A stretch of 64,000 nucleotides of DNA, taken from Candidatus Omnitrophota bacterium (GTDB lineage Bacteria; Omnitrophota; Gorgyraeia; Zapsychrales; JANLHA01). Of this stretch, positions 8,619 to 18,202 are shown piece by piece. Where the stretch lies: contig JACKFJ010000001.1 in assembly GCA_020632535.1 (NCBI GenBank), positions 90,890-154,889 on the forward strand. The letters run 5' to 3'. Every line of letters starts with the position of its first letter. Positions within the stretch are counted from its first letter, which is position 1. A program made the position numbers and the translations under genes. The notes beneath the pieces were generated by a model. That model was not told the DNA's origin, ran no database searches, and was given only the letters and a program-made list of their open reading frames with translations.

Positions 8619-9377
8619 ATGAAAACAAAATTAAAAACAGTCATTATTACGGGTGGGACTAGAGGTATCGGTGCCGAAATTGCCAAAGTTTTTCACCGTG
8701 CTGGCATGTGCGTCATTATCGGTAGTCGTAATGATAGTGGTTTGGCCGATGAGCTTGATGAGCGCGTACGTTTTGTAAAAATGGATGTTCGTCGGGAAAG
8801 CGATCATAAGAAATTGATTTCCGCGGCCTTACAGTGGACTGGGCAAGTGGACGTATATATCAATTGCGCGGGGTTTTCTGCTTGGAAGCCGGTAGGTGAA
8901 GTTACGGAAAAGTTTTGGAATGATATGCTTGATACCAATTTGAAAGGTGTTTTTTGGGGTTGTAAAGCGGCCTCCGCAATTTTACCCAAGGGTGGCGTGA
9001 TAATTAATATTTCTAGTTTGGCCGGCAAACGCGGGAGCAGTAATAATTCAGTTTATTGCGCGTCTAAATTTGGTGTGACAGGTTTGACGCAAGCGCTCGC
9101 CAAGGAATTAGGAGCTCGTGGTATTCGCGTTGTGGGCGTTTGCCCTGTCTATGTAGAAACGCCCGGCGTTGTCCAAGCATTACAGGATAAGAATTCCCCG
9201 ACAAAGGGTAAGAATGTGAAAGCGTATTTACAAAAGTTTACAGCCGAACAAACGGCTTTGGGTGTTTTACCGACAGGTAAAAATATTGGTGAAACCTGTT
9301 TGTTCTTGGCATCTTCAGCTGCCGCGGCGATCACCGGCCAATCTTTGAATGTGGATTGTGGGGTTATGCCGCAATGA
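8619..9377 (+). CDS. Short-chain dehydrogenase/reductase (3-oxoacyl-ACP-reductase-like SDR)
   Basis: ITGGTRGIG, NCAG, S...YCASK (YxxxK), and C-terminal ITGQSLNVDCG. Confidence 0.85.
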   Translation: MKTKLKTVIITGGTRGIGAEIAKVFHRAGMCVIIGSRNDSGLADELDERVRFVKMDVRRESDHKKLISAALQWTGQVDVYINCAGFSAWKPVGEVTEKFWNDMLDTNLKGVFWGCKAASAILPKGGVIINISSLAGKRGSSNNSVYCASKFGVTGLTQALAKELGARGIRVVGVCPVYVETPGVVQALQDKNSPTKGKNVKAYLQKFTAEQTALGVLPTGKNIGETCLFLASSAAAAITGQSLNVDCGVMPQ

Positions 9378-10135
9378 AAGTGGTCGCTGTTATTCCTGCA
9401 CGCATGGGTTCGTCACGATTTCCAGGTAAACCATTAAAAAAAATTTTAGATCTTCCATTAGTCGAGCATGTTCGTCGTCGTGCGCTTTTGTGTAAAACGG
9501 TTAATGATGTTGTCGTCGCGACATGTGATCAGGAAATTATGGATGCTGTTGAGGATGCTGGTGGCAAAGCGGTAATGACGTCGGATAAACATGAGCGCTG
9601 TACGGATCGGGTTGAAGAAGCGGTTCGTGAAAGTGACGCGGATATTGTCATAGTTTTACAGGGTGATGAGCCTTTATTAGGTATCGATGTGATCGATAAG
9701 CTCATTGCACCGTTTGTGGAAAATAGGGATGTGTTGTGTACGAATTTGCTTTCAATTATTAATGATGAAGCAGATTTGGATGACCGCGATATTGTCAAGG
9801 CAGTTATAAATCAAAAGAATAATGTTTTATGCTTTTCTCGCGCGGGGATTCCGTACCGTCGATCCAAGATTGATTGCCCGTTGTATCGTCAAACCGGATT
9901 TTCTGCTTTTCGCAAATCATTTTTAGATCAATTTTCTCAGTTGACACCAACTCCTTTAGAAATTTCTGAATCAGTCGATTTTATGCGAATTTTGGAACAT
10001 GGCTTTCCAATTTGTGGTGTGATTTATGAGCAAACCACGATTGGTGTCGATCGCCCAGATGATGTTGGCATTGTTGAAAACATTTTGCTTAAAGATCCTC
10101 AACAGAAAAAAATTTACGAAATGATTTCTCAATGA
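9374..10135 (+). CDS. KdsB-family cytidylyltransferase (CMP-ulosonic-acid synthetase-like)
   Basis: ATG 9374 overlaps the SDR stop (ATGA). MKVVAVIPARMGSSRFPGKPL...VVVATCDQEI...GGKAVMTSDKHERCTDR...LQGDEPLL aligns by eye along the whole length of CMP-Kdo synthetase. Confidence 0.8.
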   Translation: MKVVAVIPARMGSSRFPGKPLKKILDLPLVEHVRRRALLCKTVNDVVVATCDQEIMDAVEDAGGKAVMTSDKHERCTDRVEEAVRESDADIVIVLQGDEPLLGIDVIDKLIAPFVENRDVLCTNLLSIINDEADLDDRDIVKAVINQKNNVLCFSRAGIPYRRSKIDCPLYRQTGFSAFRKSFLDQFSQLTPTPLEISESVDFMRILEHGFPICGVIYEQTTIGVDRPDDVGIVENILLKDPQQKKIYEMISQ

Positions 10136-11061
10136 GTGCTAAAATTCTTGTTGCTTTGTCCACATTTGCGCAATACGGTCAAGAGCCGCTTGACCTTTTG
10201 AAGAAAAGTGGATTGTCTTACACAATCAATCCTGTTTCTCGACGTTTATCAGCGGAAGACATTTTGAAATTTGCTCAGGATTGTTCCGGTATTGTCGCTG
10301 GTGTCGAGCCTTATACGAGCGAAGTTTTAAGTAGGTTGCCGCAATTAAAGTGCATTAGTCGTTGTGGTGTCGGTATCGATAATATTGATCAGAGTAAAGC
10401 TAAATCTTTGGGTATCAAAGTGCTTAACACTCCTGACCCGGTTATTGTGCCTGTTGCGGAATTAACGATTGGAATGATGTTGGATTTATTACGACATATC
10501 ACGTGGCACACAGTTTCTTTGCGTAAGTCGCAATGGCAGAAAAAGGGGGGGCGCAACCTTCGAGGACAAACGGTCGGGATTATCGGTTTAGGTCGTATCG
10601 GCAAAAAGGTCGCAGAATTTTTAAACCATTTTGGTGCTAATGTGATTGCCACGGATTTGAACCCAGACCAGTTGTGGGCACAGGAGAATCATGTTGCCAT
10701 CGTTTCAATCGAAGAAATATTGACGAATGCGGATATTGTGACACTTCATCTTTCAACGAATCAGAATGCTCCATTTTTTCTTGGCGAAAAAGAAATTCGT
10801 CGTATGAAGGCGGGTGCAATATTATTGAATCTTTCTCGGGGTGAGCTTATAGATGAGCAAGCTCTTTTCGACGCGCTCAAAGAGGAGCGTTTAGGCGGTG
10901 TTGGCATTGATGTTTTTCCACAAGAACCGTATTTGGGGAAATTAACTTCACTTGATAATGTTATTATGACGCCGCACGTGGCGACTTTGACGAGAGAGTC
11001 ACGATTACAAATGGAAACACAGGCTGTCCAAAATCTTTTGCAATCATTAAGTAAGGAATAA
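10132..11061 (+). CDS. D-isomer-specific 2-hydroxyacid dehydrogenase (PGDH/GyaR-like)
   Basis: ATGA overlap. GQTVGIIGLGRIGKKVA NAD motif, LSRGELID, and MTPHVA with the catalytic His. Confidence 0.85.
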   Translation: MSAKILVALSTFAQYGQEPLDLLKKSGLSYTINPVSRRLSAEDILKFAQDCSGIVAGVEPYTSEVLSRLPQLKCISRCGVGIDNIDQSKAKSLGIKVLNTPDPVIVPVAELTIGMMLDLLRHITWHTVSLRKSQWQKKGGRNLRGQTVGIIGLGRIGKKVAEFLNHFGANVIATDLNPDQLWAQENHVAIVSIEEILTNADIVTLHLSTNQNAPFFLGEKEIRRMKAGAILLNLSRGELIDEQALFDALKEERLGGVGIDVFPQEPYLGKLTSLDNVIMTPHVATLTRESRLQMETQAVQNLLQSLSKE

Positions 11062-11774
11062 TGGTATCTCAAATGGCACTTGTAGAATTAAAACAGAAGT
11101 TGCATCCATTTGAACTCATCATGGGTTTACATGGTTTGTTGCGTTGGCCGGCGATGACGCGTAAAGAAATGCGTATTCTCAAACGGGTTTTTTTGTCATT
11201 TCCCAAAAATCAAACTATCAATATTTTTGAATATGGCATGGGTTTTTCAACGCTTTATTTTGCGAAGTTTTTGCAGAACATGGGTAGGTCTTTTCATATT
11301 GATTCATTGGATAATAATCGTTTTTGGTATGAAAAAGTCACAGCCATGATTCGAAATGAAAAATTAAGTGATTCTGTTACTTTGCATTTACGTGAGTTTG
11401 CTCCTTTTTGGGAAAAGTCAGGCTGGAATTGGCAAGCACCGCAGATGCATGGCACATTTGCGCCGAGTATGCCGGAAGAAAATGAATACATTGTTTTACC
11501 TCAGACATTGCATAAACATTACAATGTCATTTTTGTCGATGCCCGTTTTCGTCGTCGCTGTTTGGAGACGGCGCTTCAAGCTGTTGATCATCGTGGTATT
11601 GTCATCTTGCATGACGCGCAAAAGAAACAATATCAATCTTCAACGGAGCTTTATCGACATTCTCGATTTATCGACAGTGGTAAGTATTTTCCATTTGCTC
11701 GCAAGCAATATCAGATCTGGTTAGGAAGCCCGACCAATACTTTGGTTGAAGAAATTGCACGGGAGTTTGCCTAA
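11061..11774 (+). CDS. Hypothetical protein, possible Rossmann-fold methyltransferase-like
   Basis: TAATG overlap with the upstream stop. IFEYGMGFSTLYFA and VIFVDARFRRRC...GIVILHD resemble class I MTase motifs I and post-III. The assignment is weak. Confidence 0.35.
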   Translation: MVSQMALVELKQKLHPFELIMGLHGLLRWPAMTRKEMRILKRVFLSFPKNQTINIFEYGMGFSTLYFAKFLQNMGRSFHIDSLDNNRFWYEKVTAMIRNEKLSDSVTLHLREFAPFWEKSGWNWQAPQMHGTFAPSMPEENEYIVLPQTLHKHYNVIFVDARFRRRCLETALQAVDHRGIVILHDAQKKQYQSSTELYRHSRFIDSGKYFPFARKQYQIWLGSPTNTLVEEIAREFA

Positions 11775-11775
11775 T

Positions 11776-12909
11776 ATGAGAACACCCACAATTACAGTGC
11801 TGATGACGGTTTATAATGGCGACAAATATCTTAAAGACGCTATTGAAAGCATATTGAAGCAAACTTATACGGATTTTGAATTCTTAATTATCAATGATTG
11901 TAGTCGTGATCATTCCGAAGAAACGATTAAATCTTTTTCGGATAAACGCATACGGTTAGTGAATAATGAAACAAATTTGGGTCAAACCCGATCATTGAAT
12001 AAGGGTTTAGGTCTCGCCCGCGGGCGTTACATTGCGCGAATTGATGCGGATGATCTTGCTTTTCCGGCGTGGTTATCTAAGAATCTTACGGCATTGCAGG
12101 CCAATTCGCAAACAGCGGTCGTTAGTTGTAAAGCCGTTGTGATTGACGCAACGAATAAAATTCAGAAGGTTCTAAATACTCCGTGTGATTATGATGATAT
12201 GGTATTGCGTTCTTTATTGGCGACACCGCTTAATCATGTTGGATCGGTTTATAAGACGGATGTGATTGCGTCTTTGGGTGGTTACGACGAGCGCTTTCGC
12301 ATTGCGGCAGATTTTGAACTGTGGTCAAAATTAATACGAAATAATATTCATTTGTCTTCAACGGATGAACCGCTCGTCGCGATTCGTGTGCATGATCATT
12401 CGATCAGTATCAGCGAGCGCGGAAGAACAGATATTGGCGAGATTTCCGAGATTATGGCCCGAAATTTTAGGAGTCTCGTCGCATTTTCAGTTACGGATGA
12501 CGACATTCACCGTTTGTGGAAACTCAACTACGCAACGGCACAATTAAGCAGTGAAGAATTTTATGGCAGTTTAAGCTTATTGCAACGGGCTTATCGGTCG
12601 TTGAACTCTAAGTATGAGATTTCATTGTCGAAAATCAATGCTTTTGCTATTCAACAGAAGCGAGTCCTTTATGCCAAACGTGCTTTTAGTGAAATTCATG
12701 AAGGTCATAGCGAGCAATTACGGGTTTTAGCGGCACAGTATCGTCAAAGTGAAGGCTGGTTGAATATGTTTTCGATATTGTGGCTGGGATCATGGCTGGG
12801 CAAACCATTTCTGAAACAATTGCCGTGGGTTTATCAACGCTGGAGTGGTTGGTCCACGCGAAAAAAACTGCAACAACAGGATTGTTCTGAATTATGTCTA
12901 AGAAAATAA
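11776..12909 (+). CDS. Glycosyltransferase family 2
   Basis: ATG 11776 lies 1 nt after the upstream stop; the track start at 11746 would overlap it. ITVLMTVYNGDKYLKDAIESILKQTYTDFEFLIINDCSRD, and ARIDADD (DxD). Confidence 0.8.
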   Translation: MRTPTITVLMTVYNGDKYLKDAIESILKQTYTDFEFLIINDCSRDHSEETIKSFSDKRIRLVNNETNLGQTRSLNKGLGLARGRYIARIDADDLAFPAWLSKNLTALQANSQTAVVSCKAVVIDATNKIQKVLNTPCDYDDMVLRSLLATPLNHVGSVYKTDVIASLGGYDERFRIAADFELWSKLIRNNIHLSSTDEPLVAIRVHDHSISISERGRTDIGEISEIMARNFRSLVAFSVTDDDIHRLWKLNYATAQLSSEEFYGSLSLLQRAYRSLNSKYEISLSKINAFAIQQKRVLYAKRAFSEIHEGHSEQLRVLAAQYRQSEGWLNMFSILWLGSWLGKPFLKQLPWVYQRWSGWSTRKKLQQQDCSELCLRK

Positions 12910-13910
12910 AATATTTAATCACCGGCGGGGCAGGATTTATCGGCAGTAATTTTGTGCATTATCTTTTTCGCAAACACAAAAATATTCATGTCTGTGTTTT
13001 AGATAAGTTGGGCTATTCGGCGAGTTTAGCGAATTTAAAGCCGTATCAAGATTGTAAAGATTTTGAATTTATTAAGGGTGACATTTGTGACGATAAAGTT
13101 GTCGCAAAGGCTATGGCGGGTAGACAAGTTGTTATCAACTTTGCGGCGGAAGTCGCGGTGGACCGATCTATTGATGATCCACAATCTTTTTTGAAGACAG
13201 ATATTTTTGGTGTTTATACATTATTGGAAGAAGCTCGTAAGCAAAAGAATTTTAAAAAGTTCATTCAGATTTCGACGGATGAAGTTTATGGTCAAATTTT
13301 AAAGGGGAGCTTTAAGGAAAATTCGGAAACGTTACCTCGTAATCCATACGCGGCTTCCAAACTTGGTGGAGAGCGGATTGCGTACAGTTTTTTTAAGACG
13401 TATAATTTACCTGTCGTCATTACGCGAGCGGCCAATAATTATGGTCCGGCAGCGTATCCGGAAAAAGTCATTCCACTTTTTATTACTAATTTAAGTGATG
13501 GTCTTGCTGTGCCTGTTTATGGGCAGGGTAAGCAGATGCGTGATTGGCTTTACGTCGAGGATCATTGCACGGCCATTGATTTGCTTATTAAAAAAGGACA
13601 AGATGGCGAAGTTTATAATGTGGGGGCTGGTGAAGAGTGCACTAATATTGAATTGACGCGCCGCATTTTGAAATTGATGGGTAAAGATCAGTCATTGATT
13701 AATTTTGTCGCGGATCGACCGGGACACGATTTTCGTTACAGCCTAGATTGTTCTAAGTTAAAGAAACTTGGTTGGAAGCAAAAATACAATTTGACCGATG
13801 GTTTGAAATTGACGGTTGATTGGTATAAAAATAATGAGGCTTGGTGGCGGCCGTTAAAGAAGAATTTGGATCAAAGGTTTGTTTCTGGATTTTGGGGAGA
13901 AAAGAAATGA
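12894..13910 (+). CDS. rfbB: dTDP-glucose 4,6-dehydratase
   Basis: ITGGAGFIGSNF, ISTDEVYG, YAASK (YxxxK), RPGHDFRYSLD. This is the classic RfbB pattern. Confidence 0.85.
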   Translation: MSKKIKYLITGGAGFIGSNFVHYLFRKHKNIHVCVLDKLGYSASLANLKPYQDCKDFEFIKGDICDDKVVAKAMAGRQVVINFAAEVAVDRSIDDPQSFLKTDIFGVYTLLEEARKQKNFKKFIQISTDEVYGQILKGSFKENSETLPRNPYAASKLGGERIAYSFFKTYNLPVVITRAANNYGPAAYPEKVIPLFITNLSDGLAVPVYGQGKQMRDWLYVEDHCTAIDLLIKKGQDGEVYNVGAGEECTNIELTRRILKLMGKDQSLINFVADRPGHDFRYSLDCSKLKKLGWKQKYNLTDGLKLTVDWYKNNEAWWRPLKKNLDQRFVSGFWGEKK

Positions 13911-14647
13911 AAGGTGTTTTGCTTGCCGGTGGAACCGCTCAGCGTTTGCGTCCTTTGACCAAGGTCACAAACAAACATCTTTTGCCGGTTTATAAAAAAC
14001 CGATGATTTATTATCCTTTGGAAACTTTGCTTAAAGCGGGTATTAAAGATATTCTGATTGTGACCGGCGGGGAACATGTCGGGGATTTTTTTCAATTGCT
14101 TGGCTCAGGAAAAGAGTGGGGCGCGCATTTTAGCTATGAAATTCAAGAGGGAAATACTGGTACGGGCGCGGCTTTGTTATTGGCGGAAGACTTTGTTCGT
14201 GATGAAGCGTTTATGGTTATTTTAGGTGATAATGTCGTTTGTGAAGATATCGGACAATTTGTTCAAAATTTTAAGGCTGAAAAAGAGAAGTTTAAAGCTA
14301 AGATTCTCGTCGCAAAAGTTAAGGATCCGGAAAAATATGGCGTCATAGAGTTTGACGGTAAGCGTATTAAAAATATTATTGAAAAGCCGCGGCATCCGAT
14401 ATCAAATTATGTGAATACTGGTTTATGGATGTTTTTGCCGGAGGTTTTTGCTTTGCTCAAAGATCTTAAAAAAAGTCCGCGCGGCGAATATGAAGTGACA
14501 GATGTCCTCGCGCATTATGCCCGCAATCATGTTTTATCGTATTCTATTCTGAAAGGCCCGTGGACCGACGCGGGTAGTTTTGAGTCACTTTACAATGCTA
14601 CGGTTTTGATCAAAAAGTTTGAAGACCGGCAGGCAAAAAAAACTTAA
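13907..14647 (+). CDS. Sugar-1-phosphate nucleotidyltransferase (short glucose-1-phosphate thymidylyltransferase-like)
   Basis: ATG 13907 overlaps the rfbB stop (ATGA); the track start at 13841 lies inside rfbB. MKGVLLAGGTAQRLRPLTKVTNKHLLPVYKKPMIYYPL. Confidence 0.75.
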   Translation: MKGVLLAGGTAQRLRPLTKVTNKHLLPVYKKPMIYYPLETLLKAGIKDILIVTGGEHVGDFFQLLGSGKEWGAHFSYEIQEGNTGTGAALLLAEDFVRDEAFMVILGDNVVCEDIGQFVQNFKAEKEKFKAKILVAKVKDPEKYGVIEFDGKRIKNIIEKPRHPISNYVNTGLWMFLPEVFALLKDLKKSPRGEYEVTDVLAHYARNHVLSYSILKGPWTDAGSFESLYNATVLIKKFEDRQAKKT

Positions 14648-14649
14648 TT

Positions 14650-15504
14650 ATGAAAACTGCTAAGATTCTTGTGACAGGTGCCAATGGGTTTGTCGGCCAA
14701 GCGCTTTACCGACGGCTTATGGCCTTGGGATATCATGTTTTTGGTCTTGATCGAATAAATTCGTCGATGAGCAAAGGTTTTGTGAAATTCTATTGTATTG
14801 ACATCACAGCGCCTTTTAAAATTGACGAAGAATTCGATTTTGTTTTTCATTTGGCGGCGCACAATGTGACACACGTCGGTAGTCAGGAAACGGATCTTTA
14901 TCATGCGGTCAATGTCAAAGGCACAGAAAATGTTTTAAACGCAGTTAAGGCCGCGCATTTTATCTTTCTCTCAACGACAAAAATTTATAAGGCCGAAGGT
15001 AAGACATTAGATGAGAGAAGTCCTCTTTTACCGGCGCAAGAATATGAGAAGAGTAAGCTTGCCGCAGAAAATTTGTGTCGTGAGATGTGTGATGCAGAAA
15101 AATTATTGATTTTGCGTTCTGTTAATATTGTTGGTAAAGGTCAGCCGGACAAAGCAATTTTGCCGGTTCTTTTTAAAAAGGCTATGGCGGGTGAAACATT
15201 AGAAATTTTTGGTCCGCGCGGGTTGGTTTTACAGCTTTTATATGTTCAAGACGTTGTGGACGCGTTTGTGAAAGTCATTGAAAAGGAAAATCTGCATGGA
15301 ATTTATAATCTCGCCTCGTTAGAGCATATTCGTTTGGATGAATTGGCCGAAAAGATCAAGAAAATGGCACAATCTACAAGTGAAATTCGTTTTTCCAATG
15401 AATCCGCGGTTATTTTTTGTGAAGTCAACGCAATCAAAGCGCAAAACGCTCTTGATTGGCAGGCAAAGACAAAAATTCAACAAATTTTGGCTGAATATTG
15501 CTGA
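14650..15504 (+). CDS. NAD-dependent epimerase/dehydratase family protein
   Basis: ILVTGANGFVGQAL, plus S...YEKSK (YxxxK). No rfbC/rfbD-like gene is present, so its substrate is unclear. Confidence 0.7.
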   Translation: MKTAKILVTGANGFVGQALYRRLMALGYHVFGLDRINSSMSKGFVKFYCIDITAPFKIDEEFDFVFHLAAHNVTHVGSQETDLYHAVNVKGTENVLNAVKAAHFIFLSTTKIYKAEGKTLDERSPLLPAQEYEKSKLAAENLCREMCDAEKLLILRSVNIVGKGQPDKAILPVLFKKAMAGETLEIFGPRGLVLQLLYVQDVVDAFVKVIEKENLHGIYNLASLEHIRLDELAEKIKKMAQSTSEIRFSNESAVIFCEVNAIKAQNALDWQAKTKIQQILAEYC

Positions 15505-15534
15505 TTTTAGAATTTTTTGGCAAATAAAGAAATA

Positions 15535-15564
15535 TTGGCCTTTTCGCCTTTAAAATTATATACT
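15535..15564 (+). promoter_or_regulatory. Candidate sigma70-type promoter upstream of the Hsp70 module
   Basis: TTGGCC-N18-TATACT. The 101-bp gap here is the first real intergenic spacer after about 15 kb of packed genes. RBS GAGGAG at 15591-15596 precedes ATG 15606. Confidence 0.3.
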
Positions 15565-15605
15565 TGAAAGGTTTAGGAAGCTTACGATAAGAGGAGAAAT
15601 GAGAA

Positions 15606-17780
15606 ATGAATTTATATCAAAATAATGCGTTTCGTGTGTTGGGACTTTTAACCAATGCGACGACTGCTGAAATTGTGGCGAGAGCCAATGAACTTAAGAT
15701 TAAAAATTCCATGGATTTTGATGGCGGGTATGAATATGATTTGCCATGGCTGGGTCCTATGGATCGCAGTGAAGAGAATATTTCCAGCGCTGTTCAGCGC
15801 CTCGAAGACCCTGTTCGGCGTATTAAGCAGGAATTGTCATGGTTTTGGGTTCAAAATGATGTTGACCGTTCTGCGATTAAAGCCCTAACCAATCGTCAGC
15901 CAAATGTTGCGGCTGATTTATGGCTCAAAGCCAGTGGCCTCAAAATGTCTGATCTTGCCGCCAAGAATATTACACCTTTGACCACGCCTGATGCTTTGAC
16001 TGCTTTGCATAATCTTTTTATTCTTTTTCAATCGACCTTATTACGAAATGAATTAATGGCCAAGGAGGATGAAGCTATCAATCTTCTCAATTCACCCACC
16101 AGCGAAGAAGATTGGGCGATTTCTCTGAAAATTTTTAATTTCCTTTACGACAATCCTAAATTTTGGGATTTGGTTAAAAAACGGATGGAGGCGATGCAGG
16201 ATCGTCGTTTGCAGACGATTTCTTTGGACGAAATCAAAGAAAGTGCTTTGAACAATGCTTTGTCCGCACATTTTTACCTCATCACACAAGCCTTGAGCAG
16301 TAAAGATTTGCCTATGCTTGATAAACATATTGAAATTCTTGAGAATGCCAACATGCCTGTTGACCTCTATAAGTCGGGTTTGAACTTGGTTCTCAATTCT
16401 CGGATCGCCAATATCAATTCATTGTGTGATGAATTTGTGAGAGAACGAAAAGTTTTGGAAACGAAAGGCGATGGCGCGCAATATAAAAGTTTATTTTATA
16501 AATATCGTGATTCTGGTAAGCAACTTATTGATGATTGCAAGCTTGTTGATCGTAAAGGTATGACGGATTTTGTGGTTACGAGAGAAAAATATGCCAAATC
16601 ATTTCATCAGCTTTCATGGAAATTAAACAAATGTGGGGACTCCTTAGGCGCTTTGGAAAGCATGAATGAAGCGTATAAGAATTTATATTCTGATGCTCTG
16701 CGTTTGGAATGTGAAAAGGACGCGGAGCGCATTTTGCAAGACGCTGTTCTGCAATATAGCAGTGAAGCGACCAAGCTCATACATCCATCTAATGGTCAGG
16801 CTCCGCTTGATAAAGTCCTCGACGTCAAAGATCAGTATTTGGAACATGTTCATTCACTTTTTACCATCGGTGAAGTGTTTATGACCGATCATTTGCAGGG
16901 ATTACTTCGCGAAGTCGTCATTAAGGAACTCAAGCTGATTGCGGTGGAAGTTCACGATAAATATCAGGCTTATGAACAGGCCAATGGTGTTATGAAAGAA
17001 GCCATTTCTTGGGCTGTGGAAGCAAAGAACGATGCATTCAAAAATGAGTTGGAGACGATCAAGCGCAGTTGGGTTGCAGAAGTTTCACCTGCGACCAAAA
17101 CCGAGATTAATCAAAGTGTCGCGATAAAATCGAAAGTCAATCCGGTTCTTGCCGCGGCCTTTGGTGTGATTATGATTATTGTCATCGCGCTGGCTTTAAA
17201 GGTTTCTACAGAAGTTGTATCCAAGACACCAGTGCCTCCAGTGAAAACTCCTACGATTGTGTCTACATCACCAGAAGAACCGTCACAGCCACCAGCAAAA
17301 GTTGCGATATCTCAGCCGGTTGTTTCGGGAAATGTAAATCCTCCGTCACAAATTCCAACAGCTTTAGCGGCTAGCGGTGTACCATTGGCCGCGATTGCAA
17401 GAGAAGTTCCTCCGAGTGTTCAAAGTATTTCCGAAAATGTGCCGGCTGTTATCGTTGATAATCAATTGCGTGCTCAAGCGAACAAAGTTAAGGCGCAAAT
17501 TGAGCGTGATAAGCAAAAGATTAAAGAAATGGAAGCAGTGCTTGATGATCGCACGCAGGAAATGGATCGTAAGCAAAAGGAATTAGATGTTTTAAATAAT
17601 AAAATGGGGACATATCCAGATAGTCCTGAATACAATTATTGGGTTAGTGAACATAATGCGCTCGTCCGCGAGAATAATGAAGCCAATGTGAAGTCCAAAG
17701 AGTTGTATCAAGAATATCAAACGCAATTTCAGCGTCATCAAGCTTTAATCGCGGAATACAATGCCAAATTTGCCCGTTAA
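15606..17780 (+). CDS. Membrane-anchored J-domain-like protein lacking the HPD motif, with coiled-coil C-terminus
   Basis: The N-terminus NAFRVLGLLTNATTAEIVARANELKIK ... ISSAVQRLEDPVRRIKQELSWF follows the J-domain helix II/III pattern, but NSMDFDGG replaces the HPD loop. There is one TM helix (VLAAAFGVIMIIVIALAL), a Pro/Ser-rich linker and a heptad-rich tail. Confidence 0.5.
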   Translation: MNLYQNNAFRVLGLLTNATTAEIVARANELKIKNSMDFDGGYEYDLPWLGPMDRSEENISSAVQRLEDPVRRIKQELSWFWVQNDVDRSAIKALTNRQPNVAADLWLKASGLKMSDLAAKNITPLTTPDALTALHNLFILFQSTLLRNELMAKEDEAINLLNSPTSEEDWAISLKIFNFLYDNPKFWDLVKKRMEAMQDRRLQTISLDEIKESALNNALSAHFYLITQALSSKDLPMLDKHIEILENANMPVDLYKSGLNLVLNSRIANINSLCDEFVRERKVLETKGDGAQYKSLFYKYRDSGKQLIDDCKLVDRKGMTDFVVTREKYAKSFHQLSWKLNKCGDSLGALESMNEAYKNLYSDALRLECEKDAERILQDAVLQYSSEATKLIHPSNGQAPLDKVLDVKDQYLEHVHSLFTIGEVFMTDHLQGLLREVVIKELKLIAVEVHDKYQAYEQANGVMKEAISWAVEAKNDAFKNELETIKRSWVAEVSPATKTEINQSVAIKSKVNPVLAAAFGVIMIIVIALALKVSTEVVSKTPVPPVKTPTIVSTSPEEPSQPPAKVAISQPVVSGNVNPPSQIPTALAASGVPLAAIAREVPPSVQSISENVPAVIVDNQLRAQANKVKAQIERDKQKIKEMEAVLDDRTQEMDRKQKELDVLNNKMGTYPDSPEYNYWVSEHNALVRENNEANVKSKELYQEYQTQFQRHQALIAEYNAKFAR

Positions 17781-17785
17781 ACCTT

Positions 17786-18202
17786 ATGAAAGACAAGAAA
17801 TCATATCCTCTTGTCCACGCTTCCAAATCCGACCATTCGGAGTCTGTGGATTTTCTTGTCGACATGGCCATTGAATTCTGGCGTTTAGAAAAACGTCTTA
17901 GTAAAATCAAATCTTCCTTAAGTAATGTTGACGCGCAGGATTTTGGTGATCAAATGCAGCGTATGACGGCGGTGTTTGAAAAACATCAAATCGAGATTCA
18001 CGACCCTAAAGGGGAAATTTATATTGATGGACGCGCGTTAAAAGCAATTTATATTGAAGAAGTTGCAAGCCTTCCTGTCGGTGAATGCCGCGTTATTGAA
18101 ACTATCAAGCCTTCCGTTTGTCGTAAAGGTGTTCAGATTTTTCAGGGTGAAGTCATTGTTGGTCAGGGTCCATCCCAAAAGTCAATAAAGGCTAAATTAT
18201 GA
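17786..18202 (+). CDS. Small GrpE-like protein (putative nucleotide-exchange factor, truncated form)
   Basis: 138 aa, and its stop overlaps the Hsp70 start (ATGA). FEKHQIEIHDPKGEIYIDGRALKAIYIEE...VIETIKPSVCRKGVQIFQGEVIV aligns by eye with the GrpE C-terminal beta domain (GVEVI..G..FDP..H.A.....V.EV.QKGY...R.A.V.V). The long N-terminal helix is missing. Confidence 0.4.
   Translation: MKDKKSYPLVHASKSDHSESVDFLVDMAIEFWRLEKRLSKIKSSLSNVDAQDFGDQMQRMTAVFEKHQIEIHDPKGEIYIDGRALKAIYIEEVASLPVGECRVIETIKPSVCRKGVQIFQGEVIVGQGPSQKSIKAKL

Noticed and set aside
13841-13906. Long N-terminal extensions offered by the ORF track for several genes (13841, 53877, 33910, 9356, 11746, 43987, 21897).
   Set aside because: The extensions run inside the preceding gene. 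In each case an internal ATG/GTG forms an ATGA/GTGA overlap or follows an RBS, and it coincides with the conserved family N-terminus.
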